Of a DNA stretch of 64,000 bases, positions 48,174 through 58,944 are shown one piece after another. A program made the translations under genes and the position numbers. Positions within the stretch are counted from its first letter, which is position 1, and every line of letters starts with the position of its first letter. The notes below the pieces were generated by a model. That model searched no databases. It saw nothing but the letters and a program-made list of their open reading frames with translations, and was not told the origin of the DNA. The stretch comes from Verrucomicrobiota bacterium (GTDB taxonomy: Bacteria; Verrucomicrobiota; Verrucomicrobiia; Opitutales; Cerasicoccaceae), in contig JBCBUK010000005.1 of assembly GCA_039818205.1 (NCBI GenBank), forward strand, positions 224,001 through 288,000. The letters run 5' to 3'.

Positions 48174-49571
48174 ATGTCCAAATTCGATCCATGGTTGGCG
48201 ATACGCAAACCACTGTCGCCACAGCGACAAGCACTACTCACGGTCGTTTCATTCCTACTGCCGATCTTTGTTTGGTGCATTGTCAGCTACATACCGTGGC
48301 TCTGGCATCCGGACATGGTTGTTACAGTCTCCGCCGATCGCCATGATGTCACCACCGTCTACTCGGTTGGCGATCGATTACCACGTCACAAAGAAAGCGA
48401 AGACGACTTTGCCTTTGTCGATTTCGTCGAAGATGTTCGCGAGCGTAACGAAGAAATTCAAGCTGCCCGCGATTCTGGAGAGCCGATGGAAAGCTCCCGT
48501 CGCGCGAACAAGAAAGTTCTGCGTCACCTGGCACCGGTTGGCATTGCCGAAGGCTGGCTAACACGGGACCAGGCCACTGATGATACGGCAATCTACACGC
48601 TTTGGGGAGAGATTGCGCGGGGTGAAAAACAACCGTCCAAAGTCCAACTCTCCCAAGAGAATTTGGCAGTCGTCCGGGACAACTGGAGTAAGGTCGGAGC
48701 GATCAGCGAAACCTACGATTCGAAGAAAATCCCGACGGAAATTCTCCTCAATTTAATTCCACAAGGCAAACCATCCAATCCCGTATTTGTACCCGCACCG
48801 CACGAGGTTGTTCAAACGGGCATTTATGATTGGACGCACCAACGCGACCCAGACAAGCCGGCGATGTTCGAGCGCTACGGTCACTCGTTGACCATTGTCT
48901 TTAGCGGCTTCCTGCTTTCCTGCTTATTTGGCGTCCCACTCGGGATCTTAAGCGGAACCTACGACTTTTTTGCCAAAATTGTTGAGCCCTTTACTGATTT
49001 CTTCCGCTACATGCCTGCCCCGGCATTCAGCACAATATTGGTCGCCATTTTATCGGTGTATGACGCGCCGAAAATCGGCCTGGTTTTTCTCGGCACTTAC
49101 TTCCAAATGGTGTTGGTCATTTCCAACACGACGCGAACCTTAGACCGCTCGCTTCTCGAAGCTGCCCAAACCCTGGGCGCCAAGAGCAAAGACATGATGT
49201 TCCGAGTCATCATCCCAGGCATCATGCCAAAGCTCTACAATGACCTTCGCATTTTGCTCGGCTGGGCATGGACTTGGCTCGTGATCGCAGAACTGATCGG
49301 AACCAAGTCAGGCTTGACCGAGTTCATTGAGACGCAGGGCCGTTTTCGGAATTTCGACAGTGTCTACCCAACGATCATCATCATTGGCCTAACCGGCTAC
49401 GTGACCGACCAAATTCTCGCCGCCCTGCGCCCGCTTTTCTTCCCGTGGGATCCGCAGCATTCTAGTCAGAAGCTCAATGTGATCATCCGCTTTTTCAAAT
49501 GGCTCACGAACTCGGAGTGCTACGTAAAGTCCGAGCAAGACACCAAAACACTAACCTCCAACGACCAATAG
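48174..49571 (+). CDS. NitT/TauT ABC permease with a large inserted soluble loop
   Basis: [22 protein letters not shown] motif [10 protein letters not shown] and [14 protein letters not shown]. The ATG at 48174 is preferred. Confidence 0.9.
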   Translation: MSKFDPWLAIRKPLSPQRQALLTVVSFLLPIFVWCIVSYIPWLWHPDMVVTVSADRHDVTTVYSVGDRLPRHKESEDDFAFVDFVEDVRERNEEIQAARDSGEPMESSRRANKKVLRHLAPVGIAEGWLTRDQATDDTAIYTLWGEIARGEKQPSKVQLSQENLAVVRDNWSKVGAISETYDSKKIPTEILLNLIPQGKPSNPVFVPAPHEVVQTGIYDWTHQRDPDKPAMFERYGHSLTIVFSGFLLSCLFGVPLGILSGTYDFFAKIVEPFTDFFRYMPAPAFSTILVAILSVYDAPKIGLVFLGTYFQMVLVISNTTRTLDRSLLEAAQTLGAKSKDMMFRVIIPGIMPKLYNDLRILLGWAWTWLVIAELIGTKSGLTEFIETQGRFRNFDSVYPTIIIIGLTGYVTDQILAALRPLFFPWDPQHSSQKLNVIIRFFKWLTNSECYVKSEQDTKTLTSNDQ

Positions 49572-49581
49572 AAGGCTTCCC

Positions 49582-50478
49582 ATGATTGATGAATTGCAAT
49601 TACCGAGCTATCGGGAACAAAGCCCAGAAGTTGCCAGCCGTTTCAAGTCCATCTATGAGCGACCCGTTAAGCTGGAGGTCAAAGGGTTAGGCCGAACCTT
49701 CAACTCGAACAAGGGTACTGTTCGTGCGCTCCACGATATCAGCTTCAACGTTCACCGCCGCGAATTCATCTCGGTCATTGGGCCATCTGGCTGCGGTAAG
49801 TCGACCTTGATCCGTATTTTGGCAGGCCTAGATTTCCCGACATCAGGCGAGGCACTGCTCGACGGTAAAACAATCTTTGGCCCTGGTCGTGACCGCGGAA
49901 TGGTTTTTCAAGGGTATACGCTTTTTCCTTGGTTAACCGTCAAGAAGAACGTGATGTTCGGTCTCGAAGTGTCTGGCAGGACAGGATCATCTGTAGAAGC
50001 GGAAGCCCGCTCCTGGATTGAGATCGTCGGCTTGGCCGGGTTTGAAAATGCCTATCCAAGCCAACTTTCAGGGGGCATGAAACAACGCGTGGCGATCGCC
50101 CGATCCCTTGCGAATAATCCAAGCATGCTGTTCATGGACGAACCGTTTGGCGCCTTGGATGCCCAAACGCGGTGCCAGATGCAATCTTATCTCCTCCAGA
50201 TTTGGCGCAACGTTGATGTCACGATCATGTTTGTGACGCACGATCTGGATGAGGCGATTTACCTTTCCGACCGCATCCTCGTGCTCAAAGCCAAGCCCGG
50301 GGAGATCAACGAGTTCATCGAAGTTCCAGTTCCCCGCCCACGCTCGGTTGACCAACTCCTTTCGCCAACCTTCCTCGCAACCAAAAAGCGTCTGGAAGAA
50401 CTGATTCACCCAGAGGGAACGGAGATCAAGGAGCTCCCGGTAAAACGGTTCGTATCGGCTGACGAGGAAATTGAATGA
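49582..50478 (+). CDS. NitT/TauT ABC ATP-binding protein
   Basis: [27 protein letters not shown] and FVTHD. Confidence 0.95.
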   Translation: MIDELQLPSYREQSPEVASRFKSIYERPVKLEVKGLGRTFNSNKGTVRALHDISFNVHRREFISVIGPSGCGKSTLIRILAGLDFPTSGEALLDGKTIFGPGRDRGMVFQGYTLFPWLTVKKNVMFGLEVSGRTGSSVEAEARSWIEIVGLAGFENAYPSQLSGGMKQRVAIARSLANNPSMLFMDEPFGALDAQTRCQMQSYLLQIWRNVDVTIMFVTHDLDEAIYLSDRILVLKAKPGEINEFIEVPVPRPRSVDQLLSPTFLATKKRLEELIHPEGTEIKELPVKRFVSADEEIE

Positions 50479-51245
50479 CCGGCGCCAAGGCATCAAGTTC
50501 ATGGGAACACCTGACCTGGCCGGAGATTGGCCAGCGGCTGGAAAGCGGCCAAGACGCTGCGATCCTTCCCGTGGGTGCAACCGAACAACATGGCCCCCAC
50601 TTGGGCGTCGGCATGGACACGGCCTTGGCTGAACGACTGGCGCTCGCCGTATCGGCGTCGACTGGCGTTCCCTGTCTGCCAGCGCTCCCCTATGGTTGTT
50701 CAATAGGGCATTCTCACCGCTGGCCAGGCACCTTGGCGCTCAACCCGAAAACGCTCATTGATGTCATCGCCGACATTGGCCGTTGGTTCTACAAGAGTGG
50801 AGGCCGTCGCCTCTTTCTTGTCAACGGGCACGTAGGCAACCGTGCTCCCTTGCGCTGTGCGCTCGAAGTACTCCGAGCGGAATGTGAAGACTTCAAGATC
50901 GCGATTTTTACCACCGGCGACATCAGCGACCGCGTCGCGGCAGCGTTTTCTCAAGACGCAGCAGACTGGCATGCAAATGCGGCCGAAACGGCCCTTATGA
51001 TGCATCTTAGCCCAGAATCCGTTCGATTCGATCGGGTCCAGGACGCCGATGATCCGGATCGCACCAACGATTGCGTTTTTGCCCACCCGGTAAACCGAAC
51101 AAGCCTTAACGGTGTGACCGGCAAGCCATCGACGGCGACTTCCGCAATGGGCGAACAGCTGTTTGCGATCATGGTCGATGACCTCAGTGAACACATCATG
51201 AAGGGCCTGCAGGAGGCGTCGCCCCTCGAATTCCCCTACAACTAA
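50475..51245 (+). CDS. Creatininase-fold amidohydrolase of unknown substrate
   Basis: [13 protein letters not shown]...DT, VNGHVGN and [12 protein letters not shown] overlap with the ATPase gene. Confidence 0.88.
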   Translation: MTGAKASSSWEHLTWPEIGQRLESGQDAAILPVGATEQHGPHLGVGMDTALAERLALAVSASTGVPCLPALPYGCSIGHSHRWPGTLALNPKTLIDVIADIGRWFYKSGGRRLFLVNGHVGNRAPLRCALEVLRAECEDFKIAIFTTGDISDRVAAAFSQDAADWHANAAETALMMHLSPESVRFDRVQDADDPDRTNDCVFAHPVNRTSLNGVTGKPSTATSAMGEQLFAIMVDDLSEHIMKGLQEASPLEFPYN

Positions 51246-51262
51246 GCCACAAGGAATTTACG

Positions 51263-52681
51263 ATGAACTTGACCGAGTATACCGCACTGCCCTTTCAGAA
51301 ATCTCAGGGAAACGCCTATGGCACACTGCCGGGTGACGAAGAAATCAACGCCGTTCGCAACACCTTGGCTGAGGCAGGAGTAAAATACGTAACCGGTGCC
51401 TATGTCGACATTCATGGCGTCCCCAAAGGTAAAGTCGTTCCGCTGTCGCATTTTGAGAGCTTTGCCAAAGGATCGGAGCTCTACACGGGCTACGCGCTCG
51501 ATGGATTGGGCCAGCTTCCAAATGACGATGAAATCTGCTCGATTCCAGATCTGGGCAACATCGTTCAGCTTCCTTGGCAGCCGGAGATGGCCTGGATGCC
51601 GGCCGACAATGGATTCAAGGGGGAGCCCTACGAAGTTAACACTCGTGTCATTCTCCAGAAGGTTCTCAAGAAAGCAGAGTCGATGGGCTTCGGTTTCAAC
51701 CTTGGTATCGAATGCGAGTTATTTGTCCTGCGCAAGCTTGCCGATGGCACTATTGAAATTCCAAATCCTGAGGACAAGCAGGTAAAGAGCTGCTACGACC
51801 TCAACGGGTTCATGGCCCGCTTTGACTGGCTGGACAAAATGGCAACCACCATCGATGCCCTCGGGTGGGACCTCTATTCCTTCGACCACGAGGACGCGAA
51901 TTCTCAATTCGAATTCGATTTCAAGTATGCTGATGCCCTGACCATGTGTGATCGGTTCATCTTCTTTCGCTTGATGGCTAAACAGTATGCCCAAGAAGAA
52001 GGCTTAGTTGCTTCATTTATGCCCAAACCCTTTGCCGACAAAACCGGCAGCGGTGCCCACTTCAATATGTCGCTGTTTGACCTGGAGAGCGGGTCCAATC
52101 TTTTCGCCGATAGCAACGACACTCGCGAACTCGGACTCAGTAAACTCGGCTATCAATTCTGCGCGGGAATCCTCAAGCACGGACCAGCGCTGTGTGCCGC
52201 CTTTGCGCCAACCGTGAACAGCTACAAGCGCCTCGTCCGCCGCGGCCTAATGGCCTACTACTCATGGGCGCCGGTATTCAATTCCTACGGCAGCAACAAC
52301 CGAACCAACTCCTTACGCATACCGATGGACGGAGGCCGGGTCGAGTCGCGCAACGCCGACGCATCCTGCAACCCCTATTTGGCGGCCACGCTAGCCTTGG
52401 CAGCTGGACTTCAAGGGATCGAAGAAGACCTCGATCCCGGAGAGCCCCAGGAGGACAACCTCTATGCGCTTAGCAAGGAGCAGCTGCATTCGCGCGGGAT
52501 CGATGAATTGCCTCGGAGTTTGCTGGAGGCAGTCGAAGCTTTTGCCGAAGACCCGTTCGTCGCCGAGGTCCTTGGAGATGGCCTGCGAAATGAATTTATT
52601 ACCTACAAATCTGAGGAATGGCGCCAGTTTCATCAACGGGTTCACGCATGGGAAATTGATGAATATTTGCTCAAATTTTGA
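51263..52681 (+). CDS. glnT: GlnT/GmaS-clade glutamine-synthetase-like gamma-glutamyl ligase
   Basis: [30 protein letters not shown] (GmaS-like rather than HHEVA), FMPKPF, NSYKRL, NRTNSLR and [15 protein letters not shown]. Confidence 0.85.
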   Translation: MNLTEYTALPFQKSQGNAYGTLPGDEEINAVRNTLAEAGVKYVTGAYVDIHGVPKGKVVPLSHFESFAKGSELYTGYALDGLGQLPNDDEICSIPDLGNIVQLPWQPEMAWMPADNGFKGEPYEVNTRVILQKVLKKAESMGFGFNLGIECELFVLRKLADGTIEIPNPEDKQVKSCYDLNGFMARFDWLDKMATTIDALGWDLYSFDHEDANSQFEFDFKYADALTMCDRFIFFRLMAKQYAQEEGLVASFMPKPFADKTGSGAHFNMSLFDLESGSNLFADSNDTRELGLSKLGYQFCAGILKHGPALCAAFAPTVNSYKRLVRRGLMAYYSWAPVFNSYGSNNRTNSLRIPMDGGRVESRNADASCNPYLAATLALAAGLQGIEEDLDPGEPQEDNLYALSKEQLHSRGIDELPRSLLEAVEAFAEDPFVAEVLGDGLRNEFITYKSEEWRQFHQRVHAWEIDEYLLKF

Positions 52682-52688
52682 TCCCGCG

Positions 52689-52716
52689 GTATTAACAATT
52701 TGCCAAAAATTAATAT
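52689..52716. promoter_or_regulatory. NikR-type operator 2 (GTATTA-N16-TAATAT)
   Basis: Same half-sites and 16-nt spacer as operator 1, with a similar TTT..CCAAAAA spacer. It ends 36 nt upstream of the NikR-like gene. Confidence 0.75.
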
Positions 52717-52752
52717 TGAATTGATCCCTGGAAACGCTAATCCATCAACCTT

Positions 52753-53202
52753 ATGACGGACCCCATTGAGAGAATCAGCATATCGATGCCGAAGCGCCTA
52801 ATCGAACGATTGGACGATATGAATGCGCGCCGGGGTTTCGATAGCCGCTCTCAGGCAATCGCTTCGATGGTCGAACAGCAGCTGGTTGAATACGATGAAA
52901 GCCTCGGGGAAGAGGTCATGACTGGAACCATCACCATCGTCTATGACCAGTCAAAGAACAATTTGAAGAAACGCTTAGCGGAAATCGAATACGAGAACAT
53001 TGCCGAGGTGATTAGCTCGCTGCACGTGCTGCTCGAGAATGAGCACACCATGGAGGTCATTCTGGTCCAAGGTCCGGGCAAAAAACTACGCCACATCGCA
53101 GACCAACTAGTTTCCTGCAAAGGGGTAAAGAATGGAACCATGAGCCTCCACAGTGCCCTTATTCCACCGCTTCATTCGAAATCAATTAGCAAAAAGAAAT
53201 AA
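52753..53202 (+). CDS. nikR: NikR-like ribbon-helix-helix/ACT regulator lacking the canonical nickel site
   Basis: [19 protein letters not shown]...SRSQAI. ACT-like domain GTITIVYD...[21 protein letters not shown]...KGVKNG. Confidence 0.85.
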   Translation: MTDPIERISISMPKRLIERLDDMNARRGFDSRSQAIASMVEQQLVEYDESLGEEVMTGTITIVYDQSKNNLKKRLAEIEYENIAEVISSLHVLLENEHTMEVILVQGPGKKLRHIADQLVSCKGVKNGTMSLHSALIPPLHSKSISKKK

Positions 53203-53930
53203 TGTCTGAAACTCCTCCCCTCTTATATAACCGCCGAATCGGTGGCGGCCAAATGTGGTCAAAGGTCATCGGCCGAGGCAAATGCCTCAAGATAACCGAC
53301 CTCGAAGGCGGTGCCAACGTCGGTATGATGCTCTACAATGCCAACGAGAAAACAGAGCGCTACAACATGCCCGATACCCTCAAAGGGCAAAAGATCTTTT
53401 ACCTAAGGGCCCCCTACTGCCTGCACTCCGACATGGGCCGGCTCTTTGCCTCGATTGTCGACGATACGGTTGGCTGGCACGACACCGTCTGTGGCTCAAC
53501 CAATGCTACCATGGTCGAATCCAAGTATGGTACGAACGACTATCAAGATGCGCGGAACGATTGGTACCGCAATGGACGTGACTGCTTCCTGATCGAACTT
53601 GGTAAATGGGGAATGGGCGAGCGCGACCTGATCCCGAATATCAACTGGTTTAGTAAAGTCAGCCCTGACGAATCGGGCAAACTCACCTACCAGAGCGGCA
53701 ACTCACCAGCTGGCGCAAGCGTGACCCTGCGCTTCGAGTTGGACACCCTGGTTGTGCTTAATACCTGCCAGCACCCGCTGGACTCAAACCCGACCTACGA
53801 CCCCAAACCGGTTCAACTCGATGTCCTTCCGGCGCCAAGTGTGAGCGAGGAAGACCCCTCTCGGTCGATTCGGCCGGAGAATGGACGCGCGTTCCAAAAC
53901 ACTGAAGAATACAACCGCCTACGCTTCTAA
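53202..53930 (+). CDS. cgdA: Urea-carboxylase-associated protein 1 (DUF1989), carboxyguanidine deiminase subunit A
   Basis: [34 protein letters not shown] and NTCQHPLD. Confidence 0.88.
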   Translation: MSETPPLLYNRRIGGGQMWSKVIGRGKCLKITDLEGGANVGMMLYNANEKTERYNMPDTLKGQKIFYLRAPYCLHSDMGRLFASIVDDTVGWHDTVCGSTNATMVESKYGTNDYQDARNDWYRNGRDCFLIELGKWGMGERDLIPNINWFSKVSPDESGKLTYQSGNSPAGASVTLRFELDTLVVLNTCQHPLDSNPTYDPKPVQLDVLPAPSVSEEDPSRSIRPENGRAFQNTEEYNRLRF

Positions 53931-53933
53931 CTT

Positions 53934-54578
53934 ATGAGCAACTTTACCGAAAGCAGTCTTATTGAATCCGACGCCGTTTATAGTAAAGTCGTACGGGCCG
54001 GTGACTTTTGGATCCACCAGATCAATGCCGGCCAAACGCTGCGCATCGTCGACCTCGAAGGAAACCAAGCCGCAGACACTCTCTTTTACAACGCCGATGA
54101 TCCGGACGACCGCTACAGTGCGTGCGATACGATTGCCGCACAACAAGCCCTCTACCTAACTTCGGGTACGCGGCTCATGTCCACCCGTGGAACTGAACTG
54201 CTGAAGATCGTCGCCGATACCTGTGGTCGGCACGACACCTTAGGCGGTGCCTGTTCGCGCGAAAGCAACACGATGCGCTATGCGATGGACAAAGAGCCCA
54301 TGCACGCGTGTCGCGATAGCTTTTTGCGCGGGGTGCAAAGTTGGAGCCCTCACCTCGATAAGCGAGATGTCACCTGCAACATCAACTTTTTCATGAATGT
54401 TCCCGTGTCTCCCGATGGCCAACTTGATTTTGCCGATGGCGTTTCAGCCCCAGGCCGGTACGTAGAGATGCAAGCGACCAGTAATGTGATCTGCTTGATA
54501 TCCAACTGTCCGCAACTCAACAACCCGTGCAACGCCTACAATCCCACACCAGTTCAGGTCTTGATCTGGGACTCCTGA
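53934..54578 (+). CDS. cgdB: Urea-carboxylase-associated protein 2 (DUF1989), carboxyguanidine deiminase subunit B
   Basis: [41 protein letters not shown] and [17 protein letters not shown]. Confidence 0.9.
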   Translation: MSNFTESSLIESDAVYSKVVRAGDFWIHQINAGQTLRIVDLEGNQAADTLFYNADDPDDRYSACDTIAAQQALYLTSGTRLMSTRGTELLKIVADTCGRHDTLGGACSRESNTMRYAMDKEPMHACRDSFLRGVQSWSPHLDKRDVTCNINFFMNVPVSPDGQLDFADGVSAPGRYVEMQATSNVICLISNCPQLNNPCNAYNPTPVQVLIWDS

Positions 54579-54591
54579 AACCCCGACCCAT

Positions 54592-57500
54592 ATGTTCAAA
54601 ACGATCCTGATTGCCAATCGAGGAGAGATTGCTTTGCGCATCTTGCGCACCGCCCAGCGGATGAACATTCGCACGGTAGCAATTTACTCCGAAGCAGACT
54701 CGCAAGCACCACACGTTTACCAGGCCGATGAAGCCATTTGCGTTGGCCCACCATCCGTCGCAGAGAGCTACCTCAACCAAGAGAAGATTCTGCAAGCAGC
54801 GTTGCAGTGCGGCGCCGAAGCGATCCATCCTGGCTATGGCCTGCTAAGCGAGTCCGCCGAGTTTGCGCAAGCTTGTGCTAACCGTGGTATTGTCTTTATC
54901 GGTCCGCGAGTCGAGCACCTCCAACAGTTCGGGCTAAAGCACGCAGCTCGCGAACTGGCTTTGGCTTCTGCCGTACCTTTGGTACCAGGGACCGACCTTC
55001 TCGGTTCGCTCCAGACGGCAAAGCAAGAGGCGGAGAAGATTGGATTTCCGGTGATGATGAAAAGCACTGCCGGTGGTGGTGGCATCGGCATGGAGGTTTG
55101 CCGCTCGATGGACGACCTCGATGCATCCTTCGATCGCGTCCAGCGCCTCGGCCAATCCAACTTTGGGCAAGGTGGAATTTTTCTTGAGAAATACGTTGAG
55201 CGAGCCCGCCACCTTGAAGTGCAAATCTTTGGAGATGGCAAAGGCAATGCCGTGTCTTTAGGAGTCCGGGACTGCTCGAGTCAGCGGCGAAACCAAAAAG
55301 TTATCGAGGAAACGCCGGCATGCGGGGTTCCCGAAAGCGTGATCAATGGACTGCAGGCGGCCGCGATTCGGCTGACCGAAAGTGTCGGGTATCTCTCAGC
55401 GGGCACTGTTGAGTATATCTACGACGTCAACGCCAGCACGTACTACTTCCTCGAAGTCAACACGCGCCTGCAAGTCGAACATGGCGTGACGGAAGAAGTG
55501 GTCGGAGTCGACCTCGTCGAGTGGATGATTCGGCAAGCAGCTGACGATCTGCCCAACCTGGACTTACCCAGTGAGCGTCCAGGTGGACACAGCATCCAGG
55601 CCCGAATTTATGCGGAGGATCCGGACAAGAATTTCCAGCCCTCAAGCGGCCTATTAAATCATGTGTCGTTCCCCGAGAGCATTCGATGCGACCATTGGAT
55701 CTCTTCTGGCACGGAGGTCACCAGCCACTATGATCCACTACTGGCGAAGCTGATCGTGCACGCCCCGACTCGCGAAGAGGCAATTGCAGAGCTCCATGCG
55801 GCGCTTGAGCAAACCGCCATCTACGGAATTGAGACGAACCGCGAATATTTGAGTGCCCTGGTCCAGAGCGATCTCCTTCGGGAGAATAAGATGACCACGC
55901 AATCGCTCAAAGCATTTCAGTATGAAACCCTGACCATCGATACGCTTAAGTCCGGTGTTCAAACGACTGTGCAGGACTATCCGGGACGCGTCGGCTACTG
56001 GGAGGTCGGGGTCCCGCCTTCGGGCCCGATGGACAGCCTTTCTTTTCGCTTGGGCAACCGGCTTTTGGGTAACGATGAATCAGCGGCCGGCCTCGAAACA
56101 ACACTGGAAGGCCCGACTCTACGGTTCAACGCCCCAACCACAATCGTGCTAACGGGCGCGGAGAGCGATGCGAAGCTTAATGGGCAAGCGCTGAGCTTCT
56201 GGGAGCCGATTGAAATCGCGTCCGACGATGTTCTGGAAATGGGACAGGTCACCGGTATCGGTATGCGTACTTATTTGTGTATCGCTGGTGGGTTAAACGT
56301 CGCGGACTACCTGGGCAGCAAATCAACCTTTACGCTTGGGAAGTTTGGCGGGCACGGCGGCCGCCCACTCCAAACCGGTGACGTTCTCCACGTCAATCGC
56401 TCAAGCAATGCGATCGCGGCCAAAGCCTTACCCGCCGAGTATCGCCCCAAGATATCAAACCAGTGGACTATCAACGTACTCTATGGTCCACACGGGGCAC
56501 CCGATTTCTTTACCGATGATGATATCGAGACGTTCTTCGCCACCGAGTGGGAGGTGCATTTTAACTCGGCCCGGACTGGGGTTCGCCTGATCGGACCCAA
56601 GCCGCAATGGGCCCGTCCCGACGGCGGCGAGGCCGGACTTCATCCATCCAATATTCACGACAATGCCTACGCGATCGGAGCAATCGATTTTACGGGAGAC
56701 ATGCCAGTCATTCTCGGCCCAGACGGGCCAAGTCTCGGTGGCTTTGTTTGCCCAGCGACTGTTGCCTTTGCCGACCTCTGGAAGATCGGACAGCTTCGGC
56801 CAGGTGATCGAATCCGATTCGAATGCATTGACCAAAGTAGCGCTGCGCTACTGGTAAAAAACCAAGAGAACCTCGTCAACGCGCTTCGCAACGAGGAAAC
56901 TCCAGCAGTGCCGTGTATTACTCCAAAGGCAACGGATCTCATCCTCACAGAGACGGGCGACGGCAACGAGCGAATGGTCATTCGGCAATCCGGAGATGAC
57001 AATGTATTGATCGAATTCGGACCTCCACTCCTGGACCTCCGACTGCGATTTATCGTCCACGTATTCTATGAGCAGCTACTCAAGAATCGACTAGAAGGAG
57101 TCATCGACCTCACACCCGGAATTCGTTCTCTCCAAATTCATTTCGATCGGGCCGCGTTGGAACTGGATTGTGTTCTGGAGTGGCTGCTCGCCCATCACGC
57201 GGACCTCAAATCTCTAGAGGAACAGAAAGTATCCTCGCGCATCGTCCACTTACCGCTTTCGTGGGACGACCCTTCGACGCAGCTAGCTGTTTCTCGCTAC
57301 ATGCAAACGGTTCGTCCCGATGCGCCTTGGTGCCCGAATAACCTGGAGTTTATCCGCCGAATCAATGGACTTGAATCGGTCGATCAGGTGCGGGAAATCG
57401 TCTTCAACGCCAGCTATGTTGTACTCGGCTTAGGGGACGTCTACCTTGGCGCTCCAGTCGCAACTCCTTTGGACCCGCGTCATCGGTTGATCACGACAAA

Positions 57501-58182
57501 GTATAACCCAGCCCGAACCTGGACTCCGGAGAATGCCGTGGGAATTGGCGGAGCGTATATGTGTGTCTACGGTATGGAAGGCCCGGGCGGGTATCAGTTT
57601 GTCGGTCGCACCCTTCAAATGTGGAACCGCTATGGAAGCGTCGATGCATTTCATGACGACAAGCCCTGGTTACTTCGGTTTTTTGACCAGATTCGGTTTT
57701 TCCCAGTTTCGGCCGATGAACTCACGCAGATCCGAAAAGACTTTCCCCAGGGCAGGTATCCGATAAAAATTGAGCAGAGCTCCTTTGACCTCCACGAATA
57801 CGAGGCGATGCTCGCCAAGAACGATGCCGATATCCAGGCGTTCAGGAGTCAACAGCGTGAGGCATTCGATGCGGAACGTGGGCGCTGGAGCGACACGGAC
57901 CAGCGTTCGGACCTGGACGAGGTAGCCGTGGATTCGACAAGCGATATCGAGCTACCTGAAGGCTCTCAGGCTATTGAGAGCTCAGTATCGGGTACGGTAT
58001 ACAAAGTGCTAGTTAACGAGGGTGACCACGTTCAAAAGGGCCAAACGACCCTGGTGCTCGAGTCGATGAAAATGGAAATTTCGGTATGCAGCCCTTATGC
58101 GGGCGAAGTGATGCATGTCGCCGTTGCAAATGGTGGCTTCGTCAAACCTGGCGATCGGCTTTTGGCGGTTCGCTCAGACTAA
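54592..58182 (+). CDS. uca: Urea-carboxylase-family enzyme, predicted guanidine carboxylase (Asp type)
   Basis: Biotin carboxylase [10 protein letters not shown]...[10 protein letters not shown]. Carboxyltransferase [22 protein letters not shown] (D699). Biotinyl motif ESMKME. Directly follows cgdAB. Confidence 0.92.
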   Translation: MFKTILIANRGEIALRILRTAQRMNIRTVAIYSEADSQAPHVYQADEAICVGPPSVAESYLNQEKILQAALQCGAEAIHPGYGLLSESAEFAQACANRGIVFIGPRVEHLQQFGLKHAARELALASAVPLVPGTDLLGSLQTAKQEAEKIGFPVMMKSTAGGGGIGMEVCRSMDDLDASFDRVQRLGQSNFGQGGIFLEKYVERARHLEVQIFGDGKGNAVSLGVRDCSSQRRNQKVIEETPACGVPESVINGLQAAAIRLTESVGYLSAGTVEYIYDVNASTYYFLEVNTRLQVEHGVTEEVVGVDLVEWMIRQAADDLPNLDLPSERPGGHSIQARIYAEDPDKNFQPSSGLLNHVSFPESIRCDHWISSGTEVTSHYDPLLAKLIVHAPTREEAIAELHAALEQTAIYGIETNREYLSALVQSDLLRENKMTTQSLKAFQYETLTIDTLKSGVQTTVQDYPGRVGYWEVGVPPSGPMDSLSFRLGNRLLGNDESAAGLETTLEGPTLRFNAPTTIVLTGAESDAKLNGQALSFWEPIEIASDDVLEMGQVTGIGMRTYLCIAGGLNVADYLGSKSTFTLGKFGGHGGRPLQTGDVLHVNRSSNAIAAKALPAEYRPKISNQWTINVLYGPHGAPDFFTDDDIETFFATEWEVHFNSARTGVRLIGPKPQWARPDGGEAGLHPSNIHDNAYAIGAIDFTGDMPVILGPDGPSLGGFVCPATVAFADLWKIGQLRPGDRIRFECIDQSSAALLVKNQENLVNALRNEETPAVPCITPKATDLILTETGDGNERMVIRQSGDDNVLIEFGPPLLDLRLRFIVHVFYEQLLKNRLEGVIDLTPGIRSLQIHFDRAALELDCVLEWLLAHHADLKSLEEQKVSSRIVHLPLSWDDPSTQLAVSRYMQTVRPDAPWCPNNLEFIRRINGLESVDQVREIVFNASYVVLGLGDVYLGAPVATPLDPRHRLITTKYNPARTWTPENAVGIGGAYMCVYGMEGPGGYQFVGRTLQMWNRYGSVDAFHDDKPWLLRFFDQIRFFPVSADELTQIRKDFPQGRYPIKIEQSSFDLHEYEAMLAKNDADIQAFRSQQREAFDAERGRWSDTDQRSDLDEVAVDSTSDIELPEGSQAIESSVSGTVYKVLVNEGDHVQKGQTTLVLESMKMEISVCSPYAGEVMHVAVANGGFVKPGDRLLAVRSD

Positions 58183-58241
58183 TCACTGCGCATAAGAAAT
58201 TTGCATTGAGAAATATGTGATTCGTTTTTCAATTGAGAACA

Positions 58242-58934
58242 ATGTCTTCGTCAAAATCGAATACTAAGAAAAATCGAAGTGAAGATATCTTTAATATCCT
58301 GCAAAGTCGGATCCTCTCCTGGGAGTATCAACCTGGGCATCGATTGAAAGAGGATGAGCTTTGCCGAGAGTTCGATGTCAGCCGAATTCCCATCCGGGAA
58401 GCTCTTAGCCGCCTCAGTCAAATCCATTTGGTGGAGCGCAAGGCCCACGTCGGCTGTTCGGTAAAGCGTTGGACACTGGAGGAAATTAATGAACTCTATG
58501 AGTTTCGTGTCGCATTGGAGACCTATGTTGTTGAGGCGCTTGCCCAGAAAGAGGATCCCATTGCCGAACTAAAAGAACTCAAAAAGGAATGGCAGGGCTA
58601 CCTAACCGAAACGGATGACACCAGTTTTGCCCAAAAGAATTGGTCTACCCGGGACGAACACTTTCATGAGACGCTGGCCGCTGCACTTGGAAACCAACAG
58701 ATTCTAAATTCGCTGCAAGACGTGAACTCTCGGCTTCGGTTTTTGCGCGTCCAGGACATCACGACGCAAGAGGTTTTAACGAAAAGCAGTAAGCAGCATA
58801 TCTCCATTATCAACGCGATTCGACGCAGCGACGACGAGTCCGCGAAAAAGTTGATGCGAACCAATATTCAGATGGGTAAGGGCAACGTAAAGAGCGCTCT
58901 ACAGCAAGTTCTCATGCGCTCCTATGAAGATTAG
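58242..58934 (+). CDS. GntR-family (FCD) transcriptional regulator
   Basis: YQPGHRLKEDELCREFDVSRIPIREAL, ELYEFRVALE, DEHFHETL and QHISII. Confidence 0.9.
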   Translation: MSSSKSNTKKNRSEDIFNILQSRILSWEYQPGHRLKEDELCREFDVSRIPIREALSRLSQIHLVERKAHVGCSVKRWTLEEINELYEFRVALETYVVEALAQKEDPIAELKELKKEWQGYLTETDDTSFAQKNWSTRDEHFHETLAAALGNQQILNSLQDVNSRLRFLRVQDITTQEVLTKSSKQHISIINAIRRSDDESAKKLMRTNIQMGKGNVKSALQQVLMRSYED

Positions 58935-58944
58935 AATGACCGCG

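Noticed and set aside
50068..50703. 211-aa minus-strand ORF
   Set aside because: Typical antisense shadow of an ABC ATPase and the creatininase-fold gene.
50475..51245. Mycofactocin peptidase MftE or true creatininase assignment
   Set aside because: No mycofactocin precursor or radical SAM gene is nearby, and the creatininase GHYEN glutamate is absent. Left at family level.
52753..53202. Canonical nickel-uptake regulation by NikR
   Set aside because: Three of four Ni ligands are substituted, and no nickel transporter or recognisable nickel enzyme is in the locus.
58189..58205. NtrC-like site CGCATAAGAAATTTGCA before gntR
   Set aside because: Weak match with no adjacent sigma54 element; could be chance in AT-rich DNA.
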